This document shows positions 48,081 to 57,841 of a stretch of DNA of 64,000 nt, in pieces. The stretch is from positions 96,001 through 160,000 of IMG/VR virus record IMGVR_UViG_3300029288_000057. One strand, 5' to 3'. The position numbers were made by a program, and so were the translations under genes. The DNA is from a virus. Taxonomy: Duplodnaviria > Caudoviricetes. Positions within the stretch are counted from its first letter, which is position 1. The number at the start of each line of letters is the position of its first letter. The notes below the pieces were generated by a model, which was not told the origin of the DNA, made no database searches, and saw only the letters and a list, made by a program, of their open reading frames with translations.

Positions 48081-48416
48081 TTATTGTGTGAGTCTGGCTA
48101 TCCTTTCTCGTTTTTTCTTTTCAATTAATTCTCTGCCTTTTATTTGTTTTCTTTGTGCTTCTCTTATTGCTTTATCTAATGCAGAGACTCTTTTTGGTCC
48201 CCACTCCATACCCTTCCTGATTTGTATTTTGTCTCTTATAATTTCACACAGCATTTTAACATCCTGTAAACTATCTCGCACCCTGATTCCAGCAGCCTTC
48301 TCTCCTCTAAGTACTTTTTCTGTGTCTTTTTTGTTTGACCCAGCAACTTCTATTAGTTTGTAAAGCAAATCCAATTCATTTAAATCTGCAAGCCCATTTA
48401 ACTCTTCTAAGTTCAT
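48081..48416 (-). CDS. Histone-H1-like (Hc1-type) nucleoid protein
   Basis: GEKAAGIRVR..LQ..K......R..IQ. Confidence 0.6.
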   Translation of the reverse strand: MNLEELNGLADLNELDLLYKLIEVAGSNKKDTEKVLRGEKAAGIRVRDSLQDVKMLCEIIRDKIQIRKGMEWGPKRVSALDKAIREAQRKQIKGRELIEKKKRERIARLTQ

Positions 48417-48419
48417 ATA

Positions 48420-48821
48420 CTACTCTTTTTTTAATAACTTCTCAGAGACACCATTCTCTAAGTTCTCTTTGTTTTCTTTTACAGATTTTTTTGCTCTTTC
48501 CTGGTCTATTTGCCTCTCTTTTATTATCTGTGAAACAGTCTTTCTTTCAATTTGTGATTGATATAAATCAATTGCAAACCTATCATCTGTATACAAATTG
48601 AAGTCGATTCTGAAAAATGTTTTTCCCAACAACCCAACCTTTGCTCCGCTACCCGACTCTTCATTAATATCCATCCAGAAAAATCCAACAATTTCCTCTT
48701 CATTATCAAGTTGCATTATTGATTTTTCTATTGGAGTGACAGATTTGTGCCCCTTACTCTCAATCTTTTCGTTGTTTTCGTTGATGTATTTTCTTACACC
48801 TTCTTTGTTATAATATGCCAT
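48420..48821 (-). CDS. Hypothetical protein
   Basis: Packed in replication operon. Confidence 0.55.
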   Translation of the reverse strand: MAYYNKEGVRKYINENNEKIESKGHKSVTPIEKSIMQLDNEEEIVGFFWMDINEESGSGAKVGLLGKTFFRIDFNLYTDDRFAIDLYQSQIERKTVSQIIKERQIDQERAKKSVKENKENLENGVSEKLLKKE

Positions 48822-48825
48822 GGTC

Positions 48826-49743
48826 TTATTTATTATTTTCTCGTAATAGTTCTACATATTGGTTGTATTTTGAATTGCACAAAGGATGAATTCCTCCTTT
48901 ATATTTACAAAACATACAATGATATCTTTCATTTCCTGTGATTTTTATCTTGGGAAAAATTCTTTCCACATGAATGTTTTTCAATGTTTCTCCAAGCTTT
49001 AACAAAGAGTCAAACACTTCTTCTTCGGTAGAATTTACATCAACTATTTGTATATCACCAAATCCACCAGATGCGTTTTTTTTGTTTATTAATCTATTTA
49101 AAACCACATATTTACAATCTATTTTATCGAGGGGGGTTTTATTTTTTCTTCCCCAAAAGTATTTATAAAATCTCATTTGACATAAGAATATCGGGTCTCT
49201 TTTTTTCTTATCAATATCCCACTCTTCACCAGATGTTTTCCAATCAATTATTAAATATCTACCAGTTATTGGATTGTAGGCAATAAGGTCAATAAATCCC
49301 TTAAAATGAAATTTTTTGTATATTATTTCATATAGAGGCTCTTCTACACTAACAATTTGATACCCTTTTAAAATAACCTCTGTATCTAAAATTAACAGTA
49401 TATGTTTCCCTTGTTCAACAAAATCATCAACATCTTTAAATTGTTTATCATGAAGCATGTTGTCCATCATATCTTTTTTAAATTTGTCTGCAAAGTATTT
49501 TGCTCGTTGTTCCTTGTCTAACCCATTTTTTACTCCCATTTCTATTGCCTCGTGTATGGCATTTCCAAAAAAAAGATGAATGGATTGTTCCTGAGTGTCT
49601 AAGGAAAGATATTTAAAAATTAGATGCTTATGCCCACATTCGTTATAAAGAGAAAATTCGCTGAAGCTAATGTGAATTTTATTATCGTCTTTGCCCAGGC
49701 TTGTGTGAATTTCGCTTTTAATTATGTTTTCGTTTACTGTCAT
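48826..49743 (-). CDS. PD-(D/E)xK RecB/Cas4-like exonuclease
   Basis: SFS...Y..C, FGNAIHEAIE, GFIDLI, IDWKT, Q..Y, CMFC..C; TATATTTG at 49757-49764. Confidence 0.85.
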   Translation of the reverse strand: MTVNENIIKSEIHTSLGKDDNKIHISFSEFSLYNECGHKHLIFKYLSLDTQEQSIHLFFGNAIHEAIEMGVKNGLDKEQRAKYFADKFKKDMMDNMLHDKQFKDVDDFVEQGKHILLILDTEVILKGYQIVSVEEPLYEIIYKKFHFKGFIDLIAYNPITGRYLIIDWKTSGEEWDIDKKKRDPIFLCQMRFYKYFWGRKNKTPLDKIDCKYVVLNRLINKKNASGGFGDIQIVDVNSTEEEVFDSLLKLGETLKNIHVERIFPKIKITGNERYHCMFCKYKGGIHPLCNSKYNQYVELLRENNK

Positions 49744-49810
49744 ATAATGCTTTTTACAAATATAATAAAAAAAAACTAAAAAATTAAGTTTATTTTCATA
49801 TTTATTACAT

Positions 49811-50953
49811 ATGGGATTTTTATCAGAATCATACAAAATCAGGATACAGGAACTTTCGGGAATAGTTCCTAAAAAAATATATTACAATTCCCATGGCCAC
49901 TCAATTCCATTTTACGAATTTGTTGAAATAGAGGTGGAAGACAGAGGAAACTATAAGCTAAAAGAGGTTAATAGGTGGAAAGCTAAATATAAGATTGCAG
50001 ACGACGCTCCTGTAATTTGGGTTACTCCAAGTAAAATAATGGCTCAATCATATATGGCTTCTGCCGATAAGTATTATGATTTAATAAGTGCTAAATCTGA
50101 GGAAGAAGCAGAAAAAATATTAAGACAAGATTTGGGAGCAGACGCAAATATTGAGCCTGTTGTTTTTACTGAGGATGATGGTATTATAATACCAGAGTCT
50201 GACGACGGTCAAAATGGTTTTTTGATGGTTTTGCATAAACGTGGAATCGAAAAGCAGAGTCTTTTTGAAGCTATTCAATTCACTACGCAAGATTTGTCAC
50301 AAGCGTATGACAAAAGTTGGCAAAGAATGCAGGGGTTTGACTTGGGTTTGATTAAACAGGCAATCCGAGAAGGAAGAGCAATTGGAATATCTTATAAGAG
50401 CACCGACATGCCAGTAACAAAATTTAGATTGATATTGCCTGTTACGGTGGGAACTTATAAAACAAAAAGTGGAGTTCCATTAAAATTAAGCGCATTCCAC
50501 TTGGCAGGCCAATCAGAAAGGGCAGCACAAAAGACGGGAAAGAGAAGCGAAGAACCTCAATACGTTTGGAGACTATTCGATTTAGACCCCAAAAGCTTTA
50601 AAAGCATGTGGTTTTCAGAAAAGTTTTTTTATGAATATCCGCCTGGATATAAAAAGGGAGACAAAAGGTTTTCTTCTATTGCAACACAATATGACGTAAA
50701 AACAGCAGAAGTCGAAAGGGACGCTAGAGAAGGTAGAGGAGAAAAGCCTGGTGAACCAATTGATTTAAGAGGCATTAAGCCAACAGGACAGGTTCCTGCT
50801 GAAGCTCCAGAAAATCAAAAAACCCCAGAAACACCAGAAACACAAGCTCCAGAGGCTGGGGTCGAACAACCGTTGACTGAAAAAGAGAGAAAAGCTTTAT
50901 ATCTTAGAAAGCCCTGGAACAAGTTTCTCAGGGACGGGTTTAAATTTGAGTAA
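49811..50953 (+). CDS. WYL-like domain protein with RIQELSGI leader
   Basis: AI......ISY...R.I.P..G ... WRLF.LD ... PGY; late box at 49799-49806. Confidence 0.65.
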   Translation: MGFLSESYKIRIQELSGIVPKKIYYNSHGHSIPFYEFVEIEVEDRGNYKLKEVNRWKAKYKIADDAPVIWVTPSKIMAQSYMASADKYYDLISAKSEEEAEKILRQDLGADANIEPVVFTEDDGIIIPESDDGQNGFLMVLHKRGIEKQSLFEAIQFTTQDLSQAYDKSWQRMQGFDLGLIKQAIREGRAIGISYKSTDMPVTKFRLILPVTVGTYKTKSGVPLKLSAFHLAGQSERAAQKTGKRSEEPQYVWRLFDLDPKSFKSMWFSEKFFYEYPPGYKKGDKRFSSIATQYDVKTAEVERDAREGRGEKPGEPIDLRGIKPTGQVPAEAPENQKTPETPETQAPEAGVEQPLTEKERKALYLRKPWNKFLRDGFKFE

Positions 50954-51403
50954 AAATTCTGGATTATTCCAAAGAATTTTATTTGCTTTTTCCTGAAGCT
51001 TAAACAACTCTGTTGAATTGTTGTTTCTTGTATCCACGTTAATCTCTTTGTGAATTGTTTTTAAAGAAAACATAAGTACACCTCTTTTTATTTCAAAGCA
51101 TTTTTCTTTTCCAAAACTTCCCTCATAAACACTTCCGTTTTTATTTTTATCGACCCAAACAATTAAGTTGTTTTTTATACGTGGTTCTAACAATGCTTTT
51201 TGGAATAATTCTTTTGCTTTTGCCTTGTCTTGCTTAATCTTTTCTTTTTTAAGGTTCCATTGTTTGGTTGTTTCTTCATCCAGCTTTTTTCTTTCCTGGA
51301 GCCTTTTCTCTCGGTCTGTCATGTTATCCTTCGAGTGTTGACGTAGGGCATCCTCTTTGACGTCTTCTTTAATGATTTTTTTGTCGTCTTTTTGTGTTTC
51401 CAT
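50897..51403 (-). CDS. Hypothetical protein
   Basis: Follows Mre11-Rad50 gene. Confidence 0.55.
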   Translation of the reverse strand: METQKDDKKIIKEDVKEDALRQHSKDNMTDREKRLQERKKLDEETTKQWNLKKEKIKQDKAKAKELFQKALLEPRIKNNLIVWVDKNKNGSVYEGSFGKEKCFEIKRGVLMFSLKTIHKEINVDTRNNNSTELFKLQEKANKILWNNPEFLLKFKPVPEKLVPGLSKI

Positions 51404-51404
51404 T

Positions 51405-54400
51405 TTATGATATGTTTATTTGTGTTATGCCTACATGCTCGGTTACATCCAGAACTTCTTGTGGAATTCCCTCATACGTACTGTAAACTTCTATAATATT
51501 GTTTACACTATCTTTTATCTCATTCCTATGTGTAATTACAAGAACATTCTTATATTTATTCTTTAAATATTGTAATACGGTTATAATACCAGAAATTAAA
51601 TCATCATCCAAGGTACCAAACCCTTCATCAATAATATTTAAGGAAGGTTTGATTAAACTGCTCATATAATGAAGAGCATCTTTGATGACGACGCTGGAAA
51701 TGAATTTCTGAGCCCCAGAGGCAGACGATAATGGCAGCGAATACTTTTTGTTGTTTCCGTAATAAAACTCTTCTATAACGTCTCCCTTTGCGTTTACGCT
51801 CATTTCTATCTTGAAGTTTACAATCGTACTTAAGATGCTATTGATTTTATTATTAATGATTGGCAGCTTCTTTCTGATTATTTTTGCTGGTATCCCATCT
51901 CTATGAACTGCTTGGAGATATAATGAATATTTTTTATATATCTTTTCTGCAGCTTTTACCTCATCAAGTTTGTTGTTATAATTTTCAAGATTGTTTTTTT
52001 CGACTCGAATGTCTCCGTTTTTATTGGTTATTTGCTGGGAAAGTCCATAAATAGAAAATTTATATGCCTTACTTTTTTCTTCTAGTTGAGATATTTCTAC
52101 TTCAATTGAAGAGTTGTGTGTCAAGCACATTGCAATTTCTTTTATTTTATTTAGGTTGGTGTTTAAATTTTCCAAAAACCTAACGTTTCCGTCAATATTA
52201 GATTTGGCTGAGTTCATTAAAGAGATTTTTTCATCAACAAGTTTGTTAGATGAAATAATGGCTTGCGACTGCAACAACAAATTAAGTCGTTCTATTGTTT
52301 TAACGTTATAATCTATTGCGTTTTTTGTTTGTTGCAGTTGTTGGTTTTTTGACTCAACCTCTTCATTGTGTTTAATAATATCTTGTGATTGTGATATTAA
52401 TTTGATTTTTTGAACTAACGCTTCTTTTTTTGCTTTTCCCGATGTTAGAGTAAGACGAAGCGTTTGTAAATTAGTGCTGTAAATTTCACAGTCATGATTA
52501 TGCTTTGTGTCTGTGTAGTATTGATTAATAGAACTATTATAAGTGTTAACAAGTTGAGTTTTTATTGTAATTTCATTTACACACTGGTTATACAACTCTA
52601 CGTTCGGCTCAGCTGTAACGTGGCCACAAGTGGGACATGTCTCCCCCCTGTGTGTTGGTAATTTGGAATTTAAATTCGCTATGTCAAAATTTAAATTCTG
52701 AATCTCCAAATCAAGCCCTTCTATACTATAAATCTGCCTAATTGGATTTTCTTTAATCCACTTCTCTGTTTCAACATATTTTGCCTTGTTTTTATCAAAC
52801 AGTCGACTTTCTTCTACAAGTTGTTGGTTTAACGACTCAACCGTTTCGCCTTCGTTAAAAGGAAGTTCTTTTTTAAAATTAGTAGAAACCCAATTAAACA
52901 ATTCACTATAATTTCGATTGTTAATTTCTAATTGAGCTTGGATATTTGATATGTTTGCAGATGCATTTTCTACTATGGACAACTCTGGTCCTAATTTCTC
53001 AAGCAAATCATTTTCATCAAATGGTAGTTCTTTTTTTAGATTTGATGATGTCCATAATAGCAACTCTTGATATATTTTTTCATTCTCTTCTATGAGTTTT
53101 TTTGACTCATCTATTCTAACCAAAACAAATTCTTCATTTGTTATTTCACAACTTGTAAGTGGAGTGAATTGTTTGAGAGTTTTGGTCAATTCAATTATTT
53201 TAGCGTCAACTGCTTCTTTTTTCTTTTCAGACTCATCTTTTTCCTTAACAAAAGAATCATATTCTCCTTGCAGTATGGAAATTTTATTTTCTATTTCCAA
53301 TACACTTTGCTGGATTGATGCTGTGTCTCCAAGTTCTTTTTGTTTTTTCTTTACATCATTAAATTTTTTGTTTCCATATTCGTATCTATCTCTAAAAGAT
53401 TCAAGGCCTATGTATTTGTTCACTAAATCATTTTTAGGCTGTTGTTCTTGATTTATATAATCATCCTTTCCTCCTTGAGCTTGCAGACAAACCTTTGTAA
53501 AGTCATCAACTGTACCAATTGCTTTTAAAACAATGTTCTTAACTTCTTTTTTGTCATTGGCTTTTTTGTCTGATATTTCACTTACCCATTTTTGTTTTCC
53601 GTCATCGTCAATGATTAATTTTTTGTATTCTATCGGGTATGTGTTAGATGATTCTCCGTGTTTATCAACTTTTGTAATTACCTCTCTTTTTATATAATAT
53701 TTTTCTGCCTCTATTGTAAGATTAATTTTTACATATGCCTTGTTGGATGATGTATAAATGTTCACAACTTTTTTGGCACTTCCACCACCAAGAATGTGCT
53801 GATATAGTCCCCACACGATTGCCTTTACAACATTTGACTTCCCAGAATAATTTTTACCAAATATTCCCGTGGCGCCCCTTAACTTTTCCAGGTTGATGAC
53901 AATTGGTTTTTCGGGGAATGAAAAAATGTTAGAAATTTCTACACAATCGACATCCCAAAGTTTTACATCTTCAACCTTTTCTGAAATTTCAAGTTCTTTA
54001 TCTATGAATTTTGCCAACTCCAAAACTTCTTTAACCACATCTTCTTCTTCGTCTGGATTGATTTCTTTTAGATAATCAGTCAATTGCTGCAGAAAAGTTT
54101 CCTTGTTTAAAGAGTCTGCTACTTCTGTATTGTCTTGCTGTATCTTTTTTATATCAGAGAATTCAACCTTTACAACATCACACCCATATTTTTGTTTTAC
54201 AAGTTTGGCTATTTGATTTTCCTTTTCTGTTGAGTAGTTTTCTTCATAGTCCTCCCAAATGATATAGACTTTTGTTTGCTTTTTGTTATTGCTGAATTGT
54301 ATGTTTTCAATCCTTTCCTCAATAAGCTCACCCTTGGCAATCGTTATCTTGGCAAACCCATAATCGTTAAGGATGTATCTCCTCTGGAATGAATTTGTTT

Positions 54401-55157
54401 CCAAATCCCACATAAGATAACCCTTATCTATTGATTCACCGTAATCCTGCTGTATCAACGAACCTGCATATGCCATACTTTCATCATCTCTAAAAGATTG
54501 ATGTTCATGAATGTCTCCCATTAATACAGCATCAAAATTATTAAATGTAGTAACATTTAATAAATCATCTCCCACCAACTCATAACCATTATCTCCCCTT
54601 GCCCCCTTCAGCTGTCCATGATACAAGGCTATATATTTGACACCAGCATCTTTTTGAGTTAATGTGAGAATTTTGTTGTCCTTACAAGAATAAATTCCAT
54701 AAACCAACTCATCAGATATTTTATAAAAATTGCTATCTGGGAAAAAGTAAATTCCTTTTTTTGAAAAATCTATTGTGTTGACATTTTCCTTGTTGATGAT
54801 GAAGGCTCTTTTAATGCTTTTTTTGCCCGTTTCTGCGGCAAGGTCAGAGAATCTATCTGCCACCTTAAAAATCGGCGTTATAGTGTCTCCCTGTTCTTTT
54901 TGTTGTAAATTTAAGTCATGGTTCCCCAGCATAATGTCAACGGGGGCTATTTTTGCTAAATTTATTAAAAATTCAGAGGTCAAATCCAAAGACCCTGGAG
55001 ACATATTTACTTTTAAGTGATTTAAATCCCCAGTGATTACTATTCTATCTGGTTTTTGTTTTTTCAAATCATCATACAGACGTTTAAAAACTTCTCTATA
55101 TTCGTCATGTCTGCTTGCAAATTTAATGTGGATATCTGATAGATGGGCTATTTTCAT
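51405..55157 (-). CDS. Fused Mre11/SbcD nuclease - Rad50/SbcC ATPase (gp47-gp46-like)
   Basis: SDIH, TGD, GNHD, GDIH; GKNYSGKS, CPTCG hook, SGAQ, IIDEGFGTLD, ITH. Confidence 0.9.
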   Translation of the reverse strand: MKIAHLSDIHIKFASRHDEYREVFKRLYDDLKKQKPDRIVITGDLNHLKVNMSPGSLDLTSEFLINLAKIAPVDIMLGNHDLNLQQKEQGDTITPIFKVADRFSDLAAETGKKSIKRAFIINKENVNTIDFSKKGIYFFPDSNFYKISDELVYGIYSCKDNKILTLTQKDAGVKYIALYHGQLKGARGDNGYELVGDDLLNVTTFNNFDAVLMGDIHEHQSFRDDESMAYAGSLIQQDYGESIDKGYLMWDLETNSFQRRYILNDYGFAKITIAKGELIEERIENIQFSNNKKQTKVYIIWEDYEENYSTEKENQIAKLVKQKYGCDVVKVEFSDIKKIQQDNTEVADSLNKETFLQQLTDYLKEINPDEEEDVVKEVLELAKFIDKELEISEKVEDVKLWDVDCVEISNIFSFPEKPIVINLEKLRGATGIFGKNYSGKSNVVKAIVWGLYQHILGGGSAKKVVNIYTSSNKAYVKINLTIEAEKYYIKREVITKVDKHGESSNTYPIEYKKLIIDDDGKQKWVSEISDKKANDKKEVKNIVLKAIGTVDDFTKVCLQAQGGKDDYINQEQQPKNDLVNKYIGLESFRDRYEYGNKKFNDVKKKQKELGDTASIQQSVLEIENKISILQGEYDSFVKEKDESEKKKEAVDAKIIELTKTLKQFTPLTSCEITNEEFVLVRIDESKKLIEENEKIYQELLLWTSSNLKKELPFDENDLLEKLGPELSIVENASANISNIQAQLEINNRNYSELFNWVSTNFKKELPFNEGETVESLNQQLVEESRLFDKNKAKYVETEKWIKENPIRQIYSIEGLDLEIQNLNFDIANLNSKLPTHRGETCPTCGHVTAEPNVELYNQCVNEITIKTQLVNTYNSSINQYYTDTKHNHDCEIYSTNLQTLRLTLTSGKAKKEALVQKIKLISQSQDIIKHNEEVESKNQQLQQTKNAIDYNVKTIERLNLLLQSQAIISSNKLVDEKISLMNSAKSNIDGNVRFLENLNTNLNKIKEIAMCLTHNSSIEVEISQLEEKSKAYKFSIYGLSQQITNKNGDIRVEKNNLENYNNKLDEVKAAEKIYKKYSLYLQAVHRDGIPAKIIRKKLPIINNKINSILSTIVNFKIEMSVNAKGDVIEEFYYGNNKKYSLPLSSASGAQKFISSVVIKDALHYMSSLIKPSLNIIDEGFGTLDDDLISGIITVLQYLKNKYKNVLVITHRNEIKDSVNNIIEVYSTYEGIPQEVLDVTEHVGITQINIS

Positions 55158-55164
55158 ATATTTC

Positions 55165-55632
55165 TTATTTCCTACGTTTTGAATCTTTAAAGCTTAGTTT
55201 CATATCATTTTCAGTAATAATAAATTTCGGGTTTTTATTGTCCTTTAAATTTATTGAATACTTTCTTTTGTCTAAAAAAGTTGATTTTGTTTTTGTCTTT
55301 CCCGCCCATTCAACTTTCATTTTTAACCTGGGTCCTTTGGGGGATTTTATTCTATGGATTTGAACGTCACCCTCCATCTCTCCAAACCATATTTCACACC
55401 AATGATGATTTATACTCTTCCTGTACTCAACCTTTTCTTTCTCATTAAGCTTATTAAAATCTTCATCAAAAAACAAATTGGATATTCCAAATACTTCGCA
55501 ATTTCCACCAACGGTAGCCGTTATTAAATCCTCGTTGTATTGACCACCAGAACGTCCACATTCACAAATTCTCCACCGTGTGTGAATTAATCTTACAACG
55601 TCATTGCAATGTTTACATCTAATTAGTTTCAT
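55165..55632 (-). CDS. Zn-finger protein
   Basis: CKHC...CECG. Confidence 0.6.
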   Translation of the reverse strand: MKLIRCKHCNDVVRLIHTRWRICECGRSGGQYNEDLITATVGGNCEVFGISNLFFDEDFNKLNEKEKVEYRKSINHHWCEIWFGEMEGDVQIHRIKSPKGPRLKMKVEWAGKTKTKSTFLDKRKYSINLKDNKNPKFIITENDMKLSFKDSKRRK

Positions 55633-55814
55633 TTCACTTTTTTATAAAAACCTACTTTATACTTTTTTTGACAATCTAAACAATAATTATCTCCATTAAT
55701 TATACACCAACAATCTATTGCGCATGCAAGTTGTGTCTCTTTTAAACATTTGTCACATTTTATATAATCAATTACAATAGTTGTAGTTATTTTTTTTTTA
55801 TATATATTGCTCAT
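55629..55814 (-). CDS. Small Zn-finger protein
   Basis: CDKC...CLDC; ATGA overlaps on both sides. Confidence 0.55.
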   Translation of the reverse strand: MSNIYKKKITTTIVIDYIKCDKCLKETQLACAIDCWCIINGDNYCLDCQKKYKVGFYKKVK

Positions 55815-56809
55815 GTTAATATTCTTGACATTTTATAAATAAAATCTATTTTTTTTCTTTTCTTTAAAAGCTCTGTTATTGCTTGTGAACCATTTTGCTC
55901 ATAATAGTGAGAAATATCCCCCAAACCTTTTAAATCTACGAAATAAACATCCAATTCTAAAGAAGAAAGTTGCTCATATATTTCATAACTATCTTTAAAC
56001 GCATCTTCATCCAGGCAAATGATAACAGTTGCATTGTGCTCAATGAGTTTAGAAATCAACAACCATGATGGGGTTTTTCCAAGCATGGGGATTGAATTCG
56101 GTATTCTAAACATATCAAAGACGCCTTCAACTAAGTAGATTGGCAAGTCCCAGTTTATGTTTTTTTCATTAAAAATTATATCATATTTTTCTGGAACATT
56201 TTTATCTGGAAATGCCTTTTGGTCTGGTTTATAATATGGGGGCTTTACTTTTTTTAAGAAAGCTCTGGCCTCAAAATAATTAATGCTACTATGTTCATTG
56301 AAGGATGGGATTATTATTCTGTTCCGATAAGCCCCCACCTCTGTATATCCTATTTTATGTTCTATAAGTTGATTTGATGATAGTTTTCTTTCTTTCGTGA
56401 CATAATCATACGCCAATTTGTGCATTGGGGTTTTTATGGACGATGTAATCGGTACATATCCGTCTGGAAGAGGACATGTTATAAGATTGTGATTTACTGT
56501 GTTTCTGCGGAAAACATTGATGAAATTGCCAGTATACGTTGGCATTATAAGCTTCAGTCTTTTATTATCTTCTGATGAACCATATTTATAAACCAACTTG
56601 TGAATAATACCGCTATCTTTACACTTCCAACATTTGTATATATTTTCCTCAGAATTAAAAGCTAGATTAAATTTATTCACATCATTCTTACAGTCATGGC
56701 TTGGACAGTTGAATTCCCACTGTTTCCTTGACTCCAAATCGCTTGAAGTCTTTGGTTCGCCAAGGAAATTTTTAAGAATAGATAATATTATAAATTTTTC
56801 ATCTTCCAT
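55811..56809 (-). CDS. DNA primase (Zn finger + TOPRIM)
   Basis: CP..C, CWKC, RIIIP, VEGVFD, CLDED; start MEDEK below TATATTTG 56815-56822. Confidence 0.85.
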   Translation of the reverse strand: MEDEKFIILSILKNFLGEPKTSSDLESRKQWEFNCPSHDCKNDVNKFNLAFNSEENIYKCWKCKDSGIIHKLVYKYGSSEDNKRLKLIMPTYTGNFINVFRRNTVNHNLITCPLPDGYVPITSSIKTPMHKLAYDYVTKERKLSSNQLIEHKIGYTEVGAYRNRIIIPSFNEHSSINYFEARAFLKKVKPPYYKPDQKAFPDKNVPEKYDIIFNEKNINWDLPIYLVEGVFDMFRIPNSIPMLGKTPSWLLISKLIEHNATVIICLDEDAFKDSYEIYEQLSSLELDVYFVDLKGLGDISHYYEQNGSQAITELLKKRKKIDFIYKMSRILT

Positions 56810-56861
56810 ATGTGCAAATATAACATTAATTAGGGATATATCAAAGAAAATGTGTAAAAAC

Positions 56862-56894
56862 AAAAAACTCCCAAAATATATCTGGGAGTTTTTC
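56862..56894. terminator. Terminator hairpin
   Basis: aaaaactccca...tgggagttttt. Confidence 0.75.
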
Positions 56895-56914
56895 AAATTA
56901 GTCGTGTGATTTCC

Positions 56915-57121
56915 TTATTTTTTTACAACAGGAGTTTTGACATCTTTCACTTCTTTCACCTTTGGGCAAGTAGTATCCATTTTACATGTATCTACTTTTG
57001 CTGTACTGTCAGCACAAACCGTTGTTGAATCTGTTTTAGCGTCTTTTTTTGTTTCTCCTGAATTACAAGAAACCAATGCAATTGCTGCGATTGCGAACAA
57101 TAATGTAATCAATTTTTTCAT
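56915..57121 (-). CDS. Small lipoprotein
   Basis: MKK + hydrophobic + LVSC lipobox; DST/DT repeats. Confidence 0.7.
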   Translation of the reverse strand: MKKLITLLFAIAAIALVSCNSGETKKDAKTDSTTVCADSTAKVDTCKMDTTCPKVKEVKDVKTPVVKK

Positions 57122-57191
57122 TTTGTGTATAATTTTTTTAAGTTAAGTTGACCATAAATATAATAAAAAAAAACAAATAAACAAAAATAAA

Positions 57192-57734
57192 TTAAGAAAT
57201 TTTATTTTTTTGTATTTCCATCATTTTAATGAAACACCTGCCAACTATGTATGAATCAGCCATATCGTAATTTTCCACCAAAAGTTTCCTACTCTTTACT
57301 CCGTATTTCCAATTAATCTGAGGCTCCATTTCTACAACCTTTTCCCAAATTTGATGCTTCGTAGATGCTCCATCCTTTGTGATTTTCATTCCTGGAAGTA
57401 CCGTGGACCTTGCGTTGTTTACGTTATAGTAAATTGGCTCTATTTTAAAGTGCCCATATAAAAAAGAACTAACCATTCCATTGAAAAAATTCAAGACGGC
57501 AATTGTGTGGGCACTTGAATATTTTCCCTTAAATTTTTGTAAAGGTTCTTCTATGGCTATAGATGTGACTTCAAATTTTAACAAATGAGAAATTTTTTCT
57601 TTGAATTCTCCGAGCTTTTCAAACAAACTGTGCTTATCGTTAAAACTTACGTAATCCAACTCTATCAAAGTGTTTTTTTCATTAAACACCGAGTATCCTA
57701 TACAACTGCTGCTTATATCCAGGGACAATAACAT
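57192..57734 (-). CDS. RuvC-like Holliday junction resolvase
   Basis: LSLDISSSCIGYS, IEEP, DMADS. Confidence 0.8.
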   Translation of the reverse strand: MLLSLDISSSCIGYSVFNEKNTLIELDYVSFNDKHSLFEKLGEFKEKISHLLKFEVTSIAIEEPLQKFKGKYSSAHTIAVLNFFNGMVSSFLYGHFKIEPIYYNVNNARSTVLPGMKITKDGASTKHQIWEKVVEMEPQINWKYGVKSRKLLVENYDMADSYIVGRCFIKMMEIQKNKIS

Positions 57735-57796
57735 TTTTTTATTTTTAGTTTAACTGAAATATATAAAAATTAAAAACATAAATCAATAGATAAAAC

Positions 57797-57822
57797 AAAA
57801 GGGGGCTTTTAATCCCCCCTTT
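57797..57822. terminator. Terminator hairpin
   Basis: aaaggggg...cccccttt. Confidence 0.7.
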
Positions 57823-57841
57823 AAACATTTCTTTTTAAAAA

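Noticed and set aside
48826-49743. Cas4 of a CRISPR system
   Set aside because: No other cas genes or array; context is phage recombination
46134-55157. Inteins or introns in helicase and Mre11-Rad50
   Set aside because: No intein terminal motifs or LAGLIDADG blocks seen; extra length is explained by a Zn ribbon and coiled-coil repeats
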